Below are positions 1 through 9,499 of a stretch of DNA of 64,000 nt, piece after piece. This DNA is from Winogradskyella sp. (lineage in GTDB: Bacteria; Fidelibacterota; Marinisomatia; Marinisomatales; AB-629-J13): the NCBI GenBank assembly GCA_964230865.1, contig CAXRJK010000110.1, positions 391-64,390 of the forward strand. The letters run 5' to 3'. Below the pieces are notes generated by a model. The model had not been told where the DNA came from, searched no databases, and saw only the letters and a program-made list of their open reading frames with translations. The number at the start of each line of letters is the position of its first letter. The stretch's first letter is position 1. Made by a program: the position numbers and the translations under genes.

Positions 1-1
1 T

Positions 2-598
2 CAAATAATAAATGAGTTAGAAGAGGGTAAGGAACGATTAAAACATATTGAAGTGGAACTGAATAAAATAGAAGTAGAAATTTATAGCTCTAAAGAAAAG
101 ATTGATTCTCTTAAAGATCAATTGTTCAAGGTTAACAACAATCGCCAGTATGATGCGCTGATGGTTGAAATTGATCATTTAAAAGAATCTATAGATAAGA
201 TGGAAACCAATGAATTGGAACGGCTCGAGGAGAAAAGTCAATTGACCGAAAAGGTTAAATCACAAGAGGAAAATCTAGAAACCCTCACAACAGATTTATC
301 TGAAAGGCGAGCAAGACTTGAATCAACCATAGCTAAATCAGGAGATCAAAAGGAAAAGTTAGAGGAAGAAAGAGCTAGTCAGCGTGATGAAATTCCGCAA
401 TCATTATTGAGTCGTTATGACCGCATAGCTCAAGCGAGAAAAGGATTGGCAGTTGTTTCCGTTAACGGATCTGCGTGTGATGGCTGTGGGGCAGCAATTC
501 CTCCTCAAATAGTCGCTTACGTAAGAACTAAATCAGGACTGCATAATTGTGATGTGTGCGGACGGTTTTTATTCTGGGAAGAAAAAAGTATGAATTAA
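2..598 (+). CDS. Coiled-coil protein with C-terminal C4 zinc ribbon (COG1579/DUF164-like), 5'-partial at window edge
   Basis: The frame is open from nt 2, with no stop before the GTG at 53 used by the ORF track. The N-terminal part is E/K/L-rich and heptad-like. The C-terminus carries a double CxxC knuckle (CDGCG...CDVCGR). Stop TAA at 596-598. Confidence 0.75.
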   Translation, partial: QIINELEEGKERLKHIEVELNKIEVEIYSSKEKIDSLKDQLFKVNNNRQYDALMVEIDHLKESIDKMETNELERLEEKSQLTEKVKSQEENLETLTTDLSERRARLESTIAKSGDQKEKLEEERASQRDEIPQSLLSRYDRIAQARKGLAVVSVNGSACDGCGAAIPPQIVAYVRTKSGLHNCDVCGRFLFWEEKSMN

Positions 599-602
599 AT
601 TT

Positions 603-981
603 GAGTCGGTTGGATGGTTGCCCTAATATTAGTATTAGGGAGGAAAGTCCGAGCACCGCAGAACAGGACGCCCCATAATGAGGGGAGTTCGTGAGAACAT
701 GGAAAGTGCAGCAGAAAATATACCGTCCACATATTGGTGGATAAGGGTGAAAAGGAGGTGTAAGAGACCCCCAGTCCCAGTAGAGATATTGGGAGCTTGT
801 AAACCCCGTCCGGTGCAAGATTAAATAGGCTTTTAGATGTGGTTCGCATCGATACATATTAATGTGTGAGAAGCGGGTAGGTTGCATGATCTCGACGGTA
901 ACGCCGAGACCAGGTGAATGACCATCTTTCAATGAATTAGTTAATTCTTGAAAACAGAACTCGGCTTACAAACCGGCTCAA
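603..981 (+). ncRNA. rnpB: RNase P RNA, bacterial type A
   Basis: Universal conserved blocks GAGGAAAGTCCGAGC (640-654) and ACAGAACTCGGCTTAC (954-969) are present. Terminal P1 helix pairs GAGTCGGTT (603-611) with AACCGGCTC (971-979): 9 bp with one G-U. The size (~380 nt) is typical. Ends are approximate (+/-5 nt). Confidence 0.9.
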
Positions 982-1350
982 GTTTCTATTATGAAATTGA
1001 AAATATTATTTGACCAATCTGACCACCTGCCATAAACAAATATAGATATGTTTATTGATACAGTTTAAAACAGGAGAAAACTCAATTAACTGAGAGAGAA
1101 TCCTTTCTTAATCTATGCATTGATAAATATTTATAATTGAGACTTTTTTAATAGACTCATATTTTTTGTAGGTAAGATAGACACATTCGGGGAAAGGAAA
1201 TTTAAACCCATTCATCACAATTAAAACGATCCATTATTATATAAAACATTTTTTGTGGGGGGATTACTTTAGTTATTGTCTCATTCGTAAAAATAAATGG
1301 GAGGGACATTATTCTATTTATTTGAACGTAAGATATATTATTTTTCACCG

Positions 1351-2343
1351 ATGAAAAGGACAAAAATCGCAGGAATCGGCTACCACGTACCCGAAAGAAT
1401 CGTTTTTAATAGAGAACTGGAAGACTATATGGATACATCTGATGAGTGGATTCGCACCAGAAGTGGAATCGAGGAACGAAGATGGGTAGAGTCAGGTATG
1501 GGGACATCTGACTTAGCTATAGAAGCTTCAAAAAAAGCAATAAAAATGGCAGACATTGACCCCAAAGCGATAGATTTAATTATTGTTGGAACCTTAACGT
1601 CAGACTATTTTTTCCCAGGTGTCAGTGCCCAGATTCAGGATGCATTGGACATAGGAACGGTAGGTGCATTTGATGTAAAAGCAGCTTGTTCTGCGTTCAT
1701 ATATTCTCTTTCCATTGGAGATCAATTTATTAAAACAGGAGAATATAAAACTGTATTGGTTGTAGGAGCAGAAGTGCAGTCTACTGCGTTGGATTTATCA
1801 GACAGCGGTAGAATGACTGCTGTTTTATTTGCGGATGGTGCTGGCGCAGCTGTTTTGACAAAAAATGATGGAGACTCAGGAATTCTTTCAACCCATTTAC
1901 ACTGTCAGGGGAAATATTTAAAGGAGCTATGGTGTGAAGGTCCTTCATCAAGGGAAAACCCAAGATTATCAATAGACATGATAAAAGAAGGCCGACACTT
2001 TCCTTCCATGAACGGGAGGGAGGTTTTTAAAAATGCGGTGAGACGATTTCCTGAAGTAATCAAAGAGGCAATGGATGCAAATGGGTTTACAATTGATGAT
2101 ATTTCTCTTATAATACCCCATCAGGCCAATGAACGGATTACTAAAACAGTGAGAAAAAAAATGGGAATTGAAAAAAGCAAGTTGTTTAGTAATATACATA
2201 AGTTTGGGAATACTACTGGAGCATCCATCCCCATCGCTCTATGTGATGCCTATGATCAAGGAATAATTTTTGATGAAGATATTATTATATTAGCAGCTTT
2301 CGGCGCAGGGTTCACATGGGCATCAGCGGCAATCAGGTGGTAA
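1351..2343 (+). CDS. fabH: 3-oxoacyl-ACP synthase III (KAS III)
   Basis: KAS III triad motifs are present: KAACSAF (Cys), IPHQAN (His), GNTTGASIP (Asn). I place the start at ATG 1351 (MKRTKIAGIGYHVPE...). The 18-codon extension from 1297 in the ORF track looks non-native. Confidence 0.85.
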   Translation: MKRTKIAGIGYHVPERIVFNRELEDYMDTSDEWIRTRSGIEERRWVESGMGTSDLAIEASKKAIKMADIDPKAIDLIIVGTLTSDYFFPGVSAQIQDALDIGTVGAFDVKAACSAFIYSLSIGDQFIKTGEYKTVLVVGAEVQSTALDLSDSGRMTAVLFADGAGAAVLTKNDGDSGILSTHLHCQGKYLKELWCEGPSSRENPRLSIDMIKEGRHFPSMNGREVFKNAVRRFPEVIKEAMDANGFTIDDISLIIPHQANERITKTVRKKMGIEKSKLFSNIHKFGNTTGASIPIALCDAYDQGIIFDEDIIILAAFGAGFTWASAAIRW

Positions 2344-2370
2344 ATAGTGTATAAAATATAGGTAAACATT

Positions 2371-3528
2371 TTGGATAAATTATTTTTTACTGATGAGCAC
2401 GCGATGCTCAGAGATATGGTGCGAGAATTTGCAAAAAATGAGGTAGAGCCAATAGCAAGAGAAATAGATAAAAAAGAAGCTATTCCTAAATACCTGATTG
2501 ATAAAATGGGAGATCTTGGAATAATGGGAATTCCTGTACCAGAAAAATACGGAGGTGCGGGGATGGATACGGTTGCCTATGTAACTGCTATTTTGGAGCT
2601 TGCAAAAGTTGATGCTTCTGTGGCCATTACTGTTTCAGCGCACACATCTCTAGGGACAATGCCAATAGTTTTATCAGGAACTGAAAGACAAAAAATTAAA
2701 TATGTTTCCAATCTTGCATCAGGAAAAACTTTAGGTGCATTTGGATTAACAGAACCGGGAGCCGGGAGTGATGCAGGAGCGACAAAAACCACCGCCGTAA
2801 GAGATGGTGATGAGTATGTGGTTAACGGGAGTAAAATATTTATTACAAACTCTGGGGTTGCGGGTTATTTAAATCTAACCGCACAGATTATTGAAAATGA
2901 ACAAAATTTAGGAGTTGGAGCTTTTATTACTGAAACAGACGTATCTGGACTTGTTATTGGCCCAAAAGAAAAAAAAATGGGTTGGAGGGGCAGTGATACT
3001 CATCAGCTTTTTTTTAAAGATATGCGTATTCCTGCAGAAAATCTTATTGGAACACCTGAAGATGGGTTTAAAACTTTTTTAAAAACATTGACCGGTGGAA
3101 GAATATCGATAGGAGCTCTTTCGGTGGGTACGGCACAAGGAGCTTATATGAAAGCTTTAAACTATGCTTGTGAAAGAGAAGCTTTTGGAAAAAAGATCAA
3201 TCAATTTCAATCTGTGAGCTTTAAACTGGCAGACATGAGAACCCAGATTGAGGCGGCAAAACTTTTGGTCTATCATGCAGCATGGATGAAAGATAATGGT
3301 TTGGATGTTACAAAGGAAGCGGCAATGGCTAAATTGTTTGCCAGCGAATGTGCAATGGATGTGACAACAGAAGCAATTCAAGTTCTTGGCGGGTACGGTT
3401 ATGTAAAGGAATATGATGTGGAACGATTTTATCGTGATGCTAAAGTTTTAGAAATTGGAGAGGGAACAAGCGAAATTCAACGGTTGATTATTTCTAAGGA
3501 AATAATAAAAAGTGTTAAAAAAATCTAA
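2371..3528 (+). CDS. Acyl-CoA dehydrogenase (short/branched-chain type)
   Basis: 385 aa with a TTG start. ACAD signatures are GLTEPGAGSD, FITNSG, and a C-terminal EIGEGTSEIQR containing the catalytic Glu region. Confidence 0.85.
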   Translation: MDKLFFTDEHAMLRDMVREFAKNEVEPIAREIDKKEAIPKYLIDKMGDLGIMGIPVPEKYGGAGMDTVAYVTAILELAKVDASVAITVSAHTSLGTMPIVLSGTERQKIKYVSNLASGKTLGAFGLTEPGAGSDAGATKTTAVRDGDEYVVNGSKIFITNSGVAGYLNLTAQIIENEQNLGVGAFITETDVSGLVIGPKEKKMGWRGSDTHQLFFKDMRIPAENLIGTPEDGFKTFLKTLTGGRISIGALSVGTAQGAYMKALNYACEREAFGKKINQFQSVSFKLADMRTQIEAAKLLVYHAAWMKDNGLDVTKEAAMAKLFASECAMDVTTEAIQVLGGYGYVKEYDVERFYRDAKVLEIGEGTSEIQRLIISKEIIKSVKKI

Positions 3529-5857
3529 ACTAAAATTTGGAAAACCTTCTCTTCGTGAAAGGTTCAATATGTTTCTTTACAGTTTTTGGCCTCAAGTTAT
3601 TATTCTATCTAGCCTGGTTTTCATTGCATCACTTTTTTTCCCCAGCGGAGAATCACTTAAATATTCTTATCAATTAAATGATATTACAAGAGAGCCTGTA
3701 ATTGCTCCCTTTACTTATCCTTTACTCAAGTCAGAAGAAAGACTAAAAACTGATTTAAATGATGCAAAAATATCTGAACCCTTTGTATTCAAGCGAAACT
3801 CTGAATTGGTACGTGAATGGACCAATCACCTTGAAGAGTTTTTTCTAATTTCTGAAGATTTCAGACACACAAAAGATCAGCTTTTAAAATCTAAAGATTT
3901 ATTATACAGGTATCGTTATGATGAAAATTATAATACTGTATTAATAGACTATAAAGCAGATAGCACAAAACTATCAGAGCTTGTCAAACAATTTGAAGAT
4001 AAGTATTCGTTTTCAGTTCAACTAGAACCCTGGAATTCATTTTTGGATGTGGAGTACCAGTTAGGACCAAGCTATGATTTAAATATTTTTGAGACCACTA
4101 TTATTCAAATTTGTAGGAATCGTTGGGCAGAAGGAATTTATGATATTTCTCTTACAGAAATCATCAGCGACAAAATTATGCTTCATCAGGGTGAAGTTCC
4201 TATTCTTGCTGAGCCTATCGAGTACAATGACCTTGAGTCTGCATGGACCAAATCAAAAATGGAACTAGCTCAGACATATCCAAACCTAGATGAAATACAA
4301 CATATAACAGGATATGCACTAATTGTTGAATTTATGAAACCTAATCTTGTTTATGATAAAGAGACAACTGAAAGAAGGCAACAATCCAAACTAGATAGGG
4401 TCCCCCGATATCAGGGAACCATTTTAAAAGATGAGAGAATTGTAGATGCTAATGAACGCATTAGTGAGGAAACTCTCTTAAAGCTTGAGTCTTTGTCTGC
4501 GGCAGTGGATGAAAAAAGGGGAAAAAAGACTAACGTTCAGGCATTTTTTAGTTTTTTAGGAAGATTAGTTGTTATTGGGTCGATTATTTCATTTGCCTTT
4601 ACATTTATTGGTATATATCGAACACAGATATTTCAGGAATGGAAAATGATTCTCCTTATTTCCCTAGTGTTTTTAGGAGAATTAATTTTAGTTCATATAT
4701 CTGTGATTCAGCTGGGTATTTCCCCATATTTTTTATTTTTAGCTGTTTCTGCAATGACTCTAACCATTTTATTTGATGCTCGAATAGGGTTTATGGGAAC
4801 AACATCTATGGCTATTTTGAATGCTGTTATGATTGGGAATAACCTCGATTTTATCATCGTTGGTTTGACTTTGTCCAGCATGGCTATGTATAACGTAAGA
4901 GAGCTCCGAACTAGAACGCAGGTTTTTACAACAATATTTTCTCTGATGTTTATCAGCTTTGTGGTTTTAATTGGCTTAGGACTATTTAAAGGGAACTCTT
5001 GGAATACAATTTGGCAAGACTTGCTCCCTCTTCTTATTACTAGTATTCTGGCTCCGGTTATAACTTATGGATTAATTGGATTACTAGAAATTGCTTTTCA
5101 AATTACTACGGATCTTACTTTAATAGAGCTTTTAGATTTTGAACATCCGTTACTCAAAAGACTTCAACAAGAAGCTAATGGTACCTTTAATCACAGTATA
5201 GTTGTCGGAAACCTTGCGGAAGCTTGTGCCAATGCAATTGGAGCTAGGTCACTACTGTGTAGGGTCGGGGCTTATTATCACGATGTTGGAAAAATGTTGC
5301 GTTCAGATTACTTCATTGAGAATCAATTCTCCGGAGAAAACAAGCATGATAGTTTGACCTATGTGATGAGTGCTAAGGCTATTAAAAATCATGTAAAGGA
5401 TGGGATAGAGTTGGCCCGTGAATATAAAGTTCCAAAAATAGTGCGAGATTTTATCCCTATGCATCACGGTACTACAAGAGTGGAATACTTTTATAGAAAA
5501 GCACTGGAGGAAGCGGGAAGCTCGGGAAAAATAGAAGAAAAAGCCTTTCAATATCCGGGCCCGAAACCAAACACAAAGGAAACCGGGATTCTAATGCTCT
5601 GTGAGGCCATTGAAGCAGCAGTTAGATCTATAAAAAATCCTGATGTTTTCAAAATTGAAGCTATGATTGACAAAATTATTAAATCGCGAATTGATGAAGG
5701 ACAATTAGATGAATGTCCTCTCACATTAGATGAATTGAAAAAAATTAAAGGGACGGTTGACGGTAATAGCGGTATGTTACCTGTATTGCGGGGGATTTAT
5801 CATATAAGAGTTGAATATCCGGATGTGGAAAATAAGCTGGAAGTTCCGGAAGCGTGA
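3512..5857 (+). CDS. 7TM-receptor/HD-domain phosphohydrolase (PgpH/YqfF-like, HDIG)
   Basis: Extracellular N-terminal region, then about 7 TM helices (roughly aa 345-520), then a C-terminal HD domain (HSIVVGNLAE...YYHDVGK...HHG). It sits directly upstream of ybeY, as in the conserved phoH-pgpH-ybeY arrangement. The start is uncertain: GTG 3512 or ATG 3569. Confidence 0.8.
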   Translation: MLKKSKLKFGKPSLRERFNMFLYSFWPQVIILSSLVFIASLFFPSGESLKYSYQLNDITREPVIAPFTYPLLKSEERLKTDLNDAKISEPFVFKRNSELVREWTNHLEEFFLISEDFRHTKDQLLKSKDLLYRYRYDENYNTVLIDYKADSTKLSELVKQFEDKYSFSVQLEPWNSFLDVEYQLGPSYDLNIFETTIIQICRNRWAEGIYDISLTEIISDKIMLHQGEVPILAEPIEYNDLESAWTKSKMELAQTYPNLDEIQHITGYALIVEFMKPNLVYDKETTERRQQSKLDRVPRYQGTILKDERIVDANERISEETLLKLESLSAAVDEKRGKKTNVQAFFSFLGRLVVIGSIISFAFTFIGIYRTQIFQEWKMILLISLVFLGELILVHISVIQLGISPYFLFLAVSAMTLTILFDARIGFMGTTSMAILNAVMIGNNLDFIIVGLTLSSMAMYNVRELRTRTQVFTTIFSLMFISFVVLIGLGLFKGNSWNTIWQDLLPLLITSILAPVITYGLIGLLEIAFQITTDLTLIELLDFEHPLLKRLQQEANGTFNHSIVVGNLAEACANAIGARSLLCRVGAYYHDVGKMLRSDYFIENQFSGENKHDSLTYVMSAKAIKNHVKDGIELAREYKVPKIVRDFIPMHHGTTRVEYFYRKALEEAGSSGKIEEKAFQYPGPKPNTKETGILMLCEAIEAAVRSIKNPDVFKIEAMIDKIIKSRIDEGQLDECPLTLDELKKIKGTVDGNSGMLPVLRGIYHIRVEYPDVENKLEVPEA

Positions 5858-6297
5858 TAAATGTTAAGATATCTATTGATTCTGATTTAATTCAAATCAA
5901 TAAAAACGTATGTATTTCTACCGTTAATTCCGTTTTATCATATAATAAAATTAACACAGGGGATATCACTATAATTTTTGGAATGGATAATTTACTATCT
6001 AGATTAAAAAAACAATACTTTGGGCTTAATCAATTAACAGACGTGATTGCATTTCGCTATAATGAAGAATCAGATGAAAAACTCGAAGGTGAAATTTATA
6101 TTAGTCTTCAAAGGGCTAAGGATAATGCCAACAGTTTTAACGAGCCACTAAAAAAAGAAATTGCAAGATTAATAATTCATGGTTGTCTTCATTTAATTGG
6201 ATTTGATGATGACACAAAAAAATCAAAGAATGAAATGACTAACTGGGAAGAAATATTTTTAAAAAAGGTTGATTGGAATTATATAATAAATAATTAA
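5854..6297 (+). CDS. ybeY: rRNA maturation endoribonuclease YbeY
   Basis: Zinc-binding motif HGCLHLIGFDD (H-x3-H-x5-D type). 147 aa. GTGA overlap with the upstream gene. Confidence 0.85.
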   Translation: MINVKISIDSDLIQINKNVCISTVNSVLSYNKINTGDITIIFGMDNLLSRLKKQYFGLNQLTDVIAFRYNEESDEKLEGEIYISLQRAKDNANSFNEPLKKEIARLIIHGCLHLIGFDDDTKKSKNEMTNWEEIFLKKVDWNYIINN

Positions 6298-6298
6298 A

Positions 6299-7081
6299 AT
6301 GACAAAGAGAACAGAAGATTCCTTTTTAAGATTGATTAAAATTGTTCAAAAACTAAGAGGAGAAAATGGATGCCCCTGGGATAAAGAACAAACCCACGAA
6401 TCCCTTCTTCCTTATTTTCTTGAGGAGGCCTACGAAGTAATTGAAGGTGTCGAGCAAGGTGATATGAATTCTTTAAAAGAAGAACTTGGCGATGTTTTAT
6501 TGCATGTCATATTTCAGGCTGATATTGCAAAGGAAAATGGAGAATTTTCAATACAAGATTCTTTGAACCATATAAATGAAAAGCTTGTCAAACGTCATCC
6601 TCATGTGTTTGGTGATAAAAAAGCGGAAGCTGCATTTCATGCTAAACAAAACTGGGAGTCAGCAAAACACAAAGAGAATAATCGTGAGTCTCGTCTTGAT
6701 GGAGTTCCTAACGCCCTTCCTGCTCTAATAACTTCTCAAAGGCTACAGGAGAAAGCAAGTTATGCTGGATTTGATTGGGAAAAAATTGATCAAGTATGGG
6801 AAAAAATAAACGAAGAAATTCAGGAGCTAAAAGATGCTGAATCAGAAAAAAATGAAACTCATATAGAAGAGGAAATTGGTGATGTCATCTTCTCCTTTGT
6901 TAATTTAGCAAGATTTTTAAATGTTTCTGCTGAATCAGCTTTGCGAAAAACCAACCGGAAATTCACCTTGCGATTTAAGGCCGTTGAAAATGAATTAAAA
7001 AAACTTGGAAAAGATATAGAGGATTCTAATTTAATAGAGCTGGAAGAACTTTGGAATAATGCTAAGAATAAGGATAGCTAG
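6299..7081 (+). CDS. mazG: Nucleoside triphosphate pyrophosphohydrolase MazG (tandem MazG domains)
   Basis: Two EExxE/D-type motifs are present (FLEEAYEVIEGV...ELGDVLLHV and EEEIGDVIFSFVNLAR). Length is 260 aa. Confidence 0.85.
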   Translation: MTKRTEDSFLRLIKIVQKLRGENGCPWDKEQTHESLLPYFLEEAYEVIEGVEQGDMNSLKEELGDVLLHVIFQADIAKENGEFSIQDSLNHINEKLVKRHPHVFGDKKAEAAFHAKQNWESAKHKENNRESRLDGVPNALPALITSQRLQEKASYAGFDWEKIDQVWEKINEEIQELKDAESEKNETHIEEEIGDVIFSFVNLARFLNVSAESALRKTNRKFTLRFKAVENELKKLGKDIEDSNLIELEELWNNAKNKDS

Positions 7082-7557
7082 GGTAAGCAATCAAACCAAG
7101 GGTCTTCATTTAAATCACCAAAAAATATTTCTTTATCTTTAGTGTCAGAAATAAGCTCACCGCATTGCTCTGCTTTTTTATACCAACTCTTACACTTTAA
7201 GTTGTTTCCGGATGCGGCGTATGCTCTTGATAAACATTCATGTGCATAAGCAAGATCAAAATCATTAAACTTATATTTTTTAGTCAAATTCCAAGCAGTT
7301 TTAGCATGTGCCAGCGCTTCTTTTCCGTTCCCTAATACTGAATAAACACGTGAAATCATCCATTCTCCTCTTTGTTCGTTAATGGGTTGAATATTTTGGG
7401 ATAATTTCCAGTGAAAGAGAGAGGCTTTGGCAAACATAAGCATTCGTTTATCATCTTGTTCTGAACGGTTTTTCTTATTCAGCAGATTCCATGTTTGGAT
7501 ATTCATTTCAATTCCCATGTATTGATGCATTTTTTGCTTTTCACTTAAATTGTTCAC
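7078..7557 (-). CDS. Conserved hypothetical helical (TPR-like) protein
   Basis: 159-aa clean ORF. The central block QRGEWMISRVYSVLGNGKEALAHA...FDLAYAHECLSRAYAASG resembles a widespread uncharacterised family that I recognise only by pattern. No catalytic motif is visible. Confidence 0.55.
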   Translation of the reverse strand: MNNLSEKQKMHQYMGIEMNIQTWNLLNKKNRSEQDDKRMLMFAKASLFHWKLSQNIQPINEQRGEWMISRVYSVLGNGKEALAHAKTAWNLTKKYKFNDFDLAYAHECLSRAYAASGNNLKCKSWYKKAEQCGELISDTKDKEIFFGDLNEDPWFDCLP

Positions 7558-7673
7558 TGTGTTCTTTTATTTTAAACGTGCTACTATTTACTTTTTAGCT
7601 AATAATTTATTTCAATGGTTGAAATTAATTAAGAGAAGATAAAAAAGCTACCTAAAGAACTACCAGGCCATTG

Positions 7674-8579
7674 TTAATCTCCTAATAACACACTACAAAT
7701 CTCAACACAACACTCTCCTAATGCCTTAAAATCATACCCCCCTTCCAATCCTAATAATAAATTGGGTTGAATTTCTAAACATTTTTTTGTCATATAAACA
7801 TAATCATCTGTAACTAAATTAATATTTGCCAGCGGATCTCTTTGGTGTGCATCAAATCCTGCGCTGATTATAAAAACATCTGGATTAAATTTTTGAATAA
7901 AGGGGAACACTTCCCTATCGAATTTATATAAATATTCCTCTGATGTTGTGCCAGCATAAATTGGAACATTCAACACATTACCATGGCTTCCTTTTTCGTC
8001 TTGGGACCCTGTGCCGGGATAGAATGGATATTGGTGGATTGAGACATAAGCTATACTTCTATAAGACTGAATGATGTGCTGAGTTCCGTTTCCGTGGTGA
8101 ACATCCCAATCAAACACAAGAACACGGTTAACATTCTTTTTATTTAAAGCATAAATAGCAGCAAGAGCAGCATTGGAAAAAAGGCAAAACCCCATCGCTC
8201 TATCAATTTCAGCATGATGACCGGGAGGACGAGATAATGCGAAAGATGAGTTTCCTCTCAATACTTCATCCACACTGTTCAGCCAGGCTCCAGCTGCTTT
8301 CAAAGCAACATCATAGCTTTTTGGGGAAATCTGTGTGTCTGCATCTATAAATCCCACTCCATGGGCACATAAAGATTTTAATTTATCTATATATTCTTGA
8401 GTGTGAACCCATTGGAGTTCCTCTTCAGTGACTTTTCTGGGAGATATCCAATTAATTTTATTTGCTTCTCTACAGGAGTTTAGTGCTGATACACAAGCTC
8501 TCAGCCTCTCCGGGGATTCGGGATGATTGACTCCAGTATCATGATTTAAAAAATCATCTGTATAAAAAATCGAAAGCAA
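7674..8579 (-). CDS. Histone-deacetylase-family amidohydrolase (AcuC/acetylpolyamine deacetylase-like)
   Basis: Class I/II HDAC motifs are present: RPPGHHAE, DWDVHHGNGTQ, SAGFDAH..DPL, LEGGY. Confidence 0.85.
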   Translation of the reverse strand: MLSIFYTDDFLNHDTGVNHPESPERLRACVSALNSCREANKINWISPRKVTEEELQWVHTQEYIDKLKSLCAHGVGFIDADTQISPKSYDVALKAAGAWLNSVDEVLRGNSSFALSRPPGHHAEIDRAMGFCLFSNAALAAIYALNKKNVNRVLVFDWDVHHGNGTQHIIQSYRSIAYVSIHQYPFYPGTGSQDEKGSHGNVLNVPIYAGTTSEEYLYKFDREVFPFIQKFNPDVFIISAGFDAHQRDPLANINLVTDDYVYMTKKCLEIQPNLLLGLEGGYDFKALGECCVEICSVLLGD

Positions 8580-8643
8580 TTTATTATCGATTTTTATAGA
8601 TAAGGAATTACCTTATCATAACATAATAATTTCATATATAAAA

Positions 8644-9063
8644 CTATTCTCCTTGCACTGTTGCAATCAAAGTTCTGCTTTTACTATGATTTCGGTGTTC
8701 GCAAAAATAAATTCCCTGCCAGGTTCCTAAAGCCAGATTACCATTAGAAATGGGAATTGATATTGACGATCCTAAAATCGACGATTTTAAATGTGCTGGA
8801 ATGTCATCGGACCCCTCAAATGTGTGCTGGTAATAGGGTTGGTTTTCTGGTACCATTTGATTGAAGTGAGATTCAAAATCTGATCTAACTGTTAAATCAG
8901 AATCCTCATTAATTGTGAGTGATGCTGAGGTGTGTTTAATAAATAAATGGAAAACCCCCATGCTGATACTATGTATTTCTTCAACTTTCTTTAACACAAG
9001 ATCTGTAATAAGGTGAAATCCTCTTGGATAAGAATTTAGGACAATTGTTTTCTGAATCCACAT
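8644..9063 (-). CDS. YjbQ/UPF0047 family protein (secondary thiamine-phosphate synthase-like)
   Basis: Family motifs are present: KHTSASLTINE, DDIPAHLKSS, LGTWQGIYFCEHR. Length is 139 aa. Confidence 0.85.
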   Translation of the reverse strand: MWIQKTIVLNSYPRGFHLITDLVLKKVEEIHSISMGVFHLFIKHTSASLTINEDSDLTVRSDFESHFNQMVPENQPYYQHTFEGSDDIPAHLKSSILGSSISIPISNGNLALGTWQGIYFCEHRNHSKSRTLIATVQGE

Positions 9064-9065
9064 GA

Positions 9066-9389
9066 TCAGATTAGAGATTTTTCCATTAGTATTCTAGTTT
9101 CAAATAGATTGTCCAATGGGTTTTCGTCTGTAATAAAGAACCCTCTGTTAAGAGAAAACTTAATCATCGTTTTATGTTTTTCTCTTGTTTTCATTCGGAG
9201 GGCAATATATCCATTTTTCACTGCCCATGATTCCTGAAATTCAGCTAATTTTCTGGCAACTCCTTTTTTTCTGAATTCAGGGAGAACGCCCCCCATCCAA
9301 CTGTAAAAACTTCCATCGCTGTAACGTTCATATCCAATTTTAAACCCAGCAGGTTCATTTTTATATTCAGCTACAAGAGAAAGATGCAT
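9066..9389 (-). CDS. GNAT-family N-acetyltransferase (annotated from first ATG; true start probably upstream, see finding)
   Basis: GNAT motif A region is present (VLPEFRKKGVARKLAEF). The reading frame continues open upstream to 9542 and encodes a GNAT-like N-terminus, but contains no ATG, GTG or TTG. Confidence 0.7.
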   Translation of the reverse strand: MHLSLVAEYKNEPAGFKIGYERYSDGSFYSWMGGVLPEFRKKGVARKLAEFQESWAVKNGYIALRMKTREKHKTMIKFSLNRGFFITDENPLDNLFETRILMEKSLI

Positions 9390-9499
9390 TACAGATCGGC
9401 ATCGTTTTACATATTCTGATATTGGATATGGAAAGTTAAATTCCGGAATATTTTGTGAGAGAGCAACACACTCTGAAAAACCTGCTTCACGGATTTGTA

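Noticed and set aside
528-932. Minus-strand ORFs 528..932 (134 aa) and 595..849 (84 aa) in the ORF track.
   Set aside because: They lie antisense to, and entirely across, the RNase P RNA gene. Their translations are low-complexity with no motif. They are chance ORFs in a structured-RNA locus.
1297-1350. 18-codon N-terminal extension of the fabH ORF (MGGTLFYLFERKIYYFSP).
   Set aside because: KAS III proteins start close to the MK..I.G.G motif. The extension is hydrophobic and aromatic junk read from AT-rich upstream DNA. ATG 1351 gives a canonical N-terminus.
3512-8579. Reading MazG, the HD-domain protein, TatD (26049..26807) or the HDAC-like enzyme as parts of an anti-phage defence island.
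   Set aside because: They sit in canonical housekeeping contexts (pgpH-ybeY-mazG; tatD-rsmA). No nucleases, ATPases, TIR/SIR2/STAND partners, mobile-element flanks or compositional shifts accompany them.
8599-8617. Inverted repeat GATAAGG-AATTA-CCTTATC between yjbQ and the deacetylase gene, considered as a terminator or operator.
   Set aside because: The 7-bp stem is AT-rich and no T-run follows on the transcribed (minus) strand. That is too weak to call, and it could be chance in AT-rich DNA.
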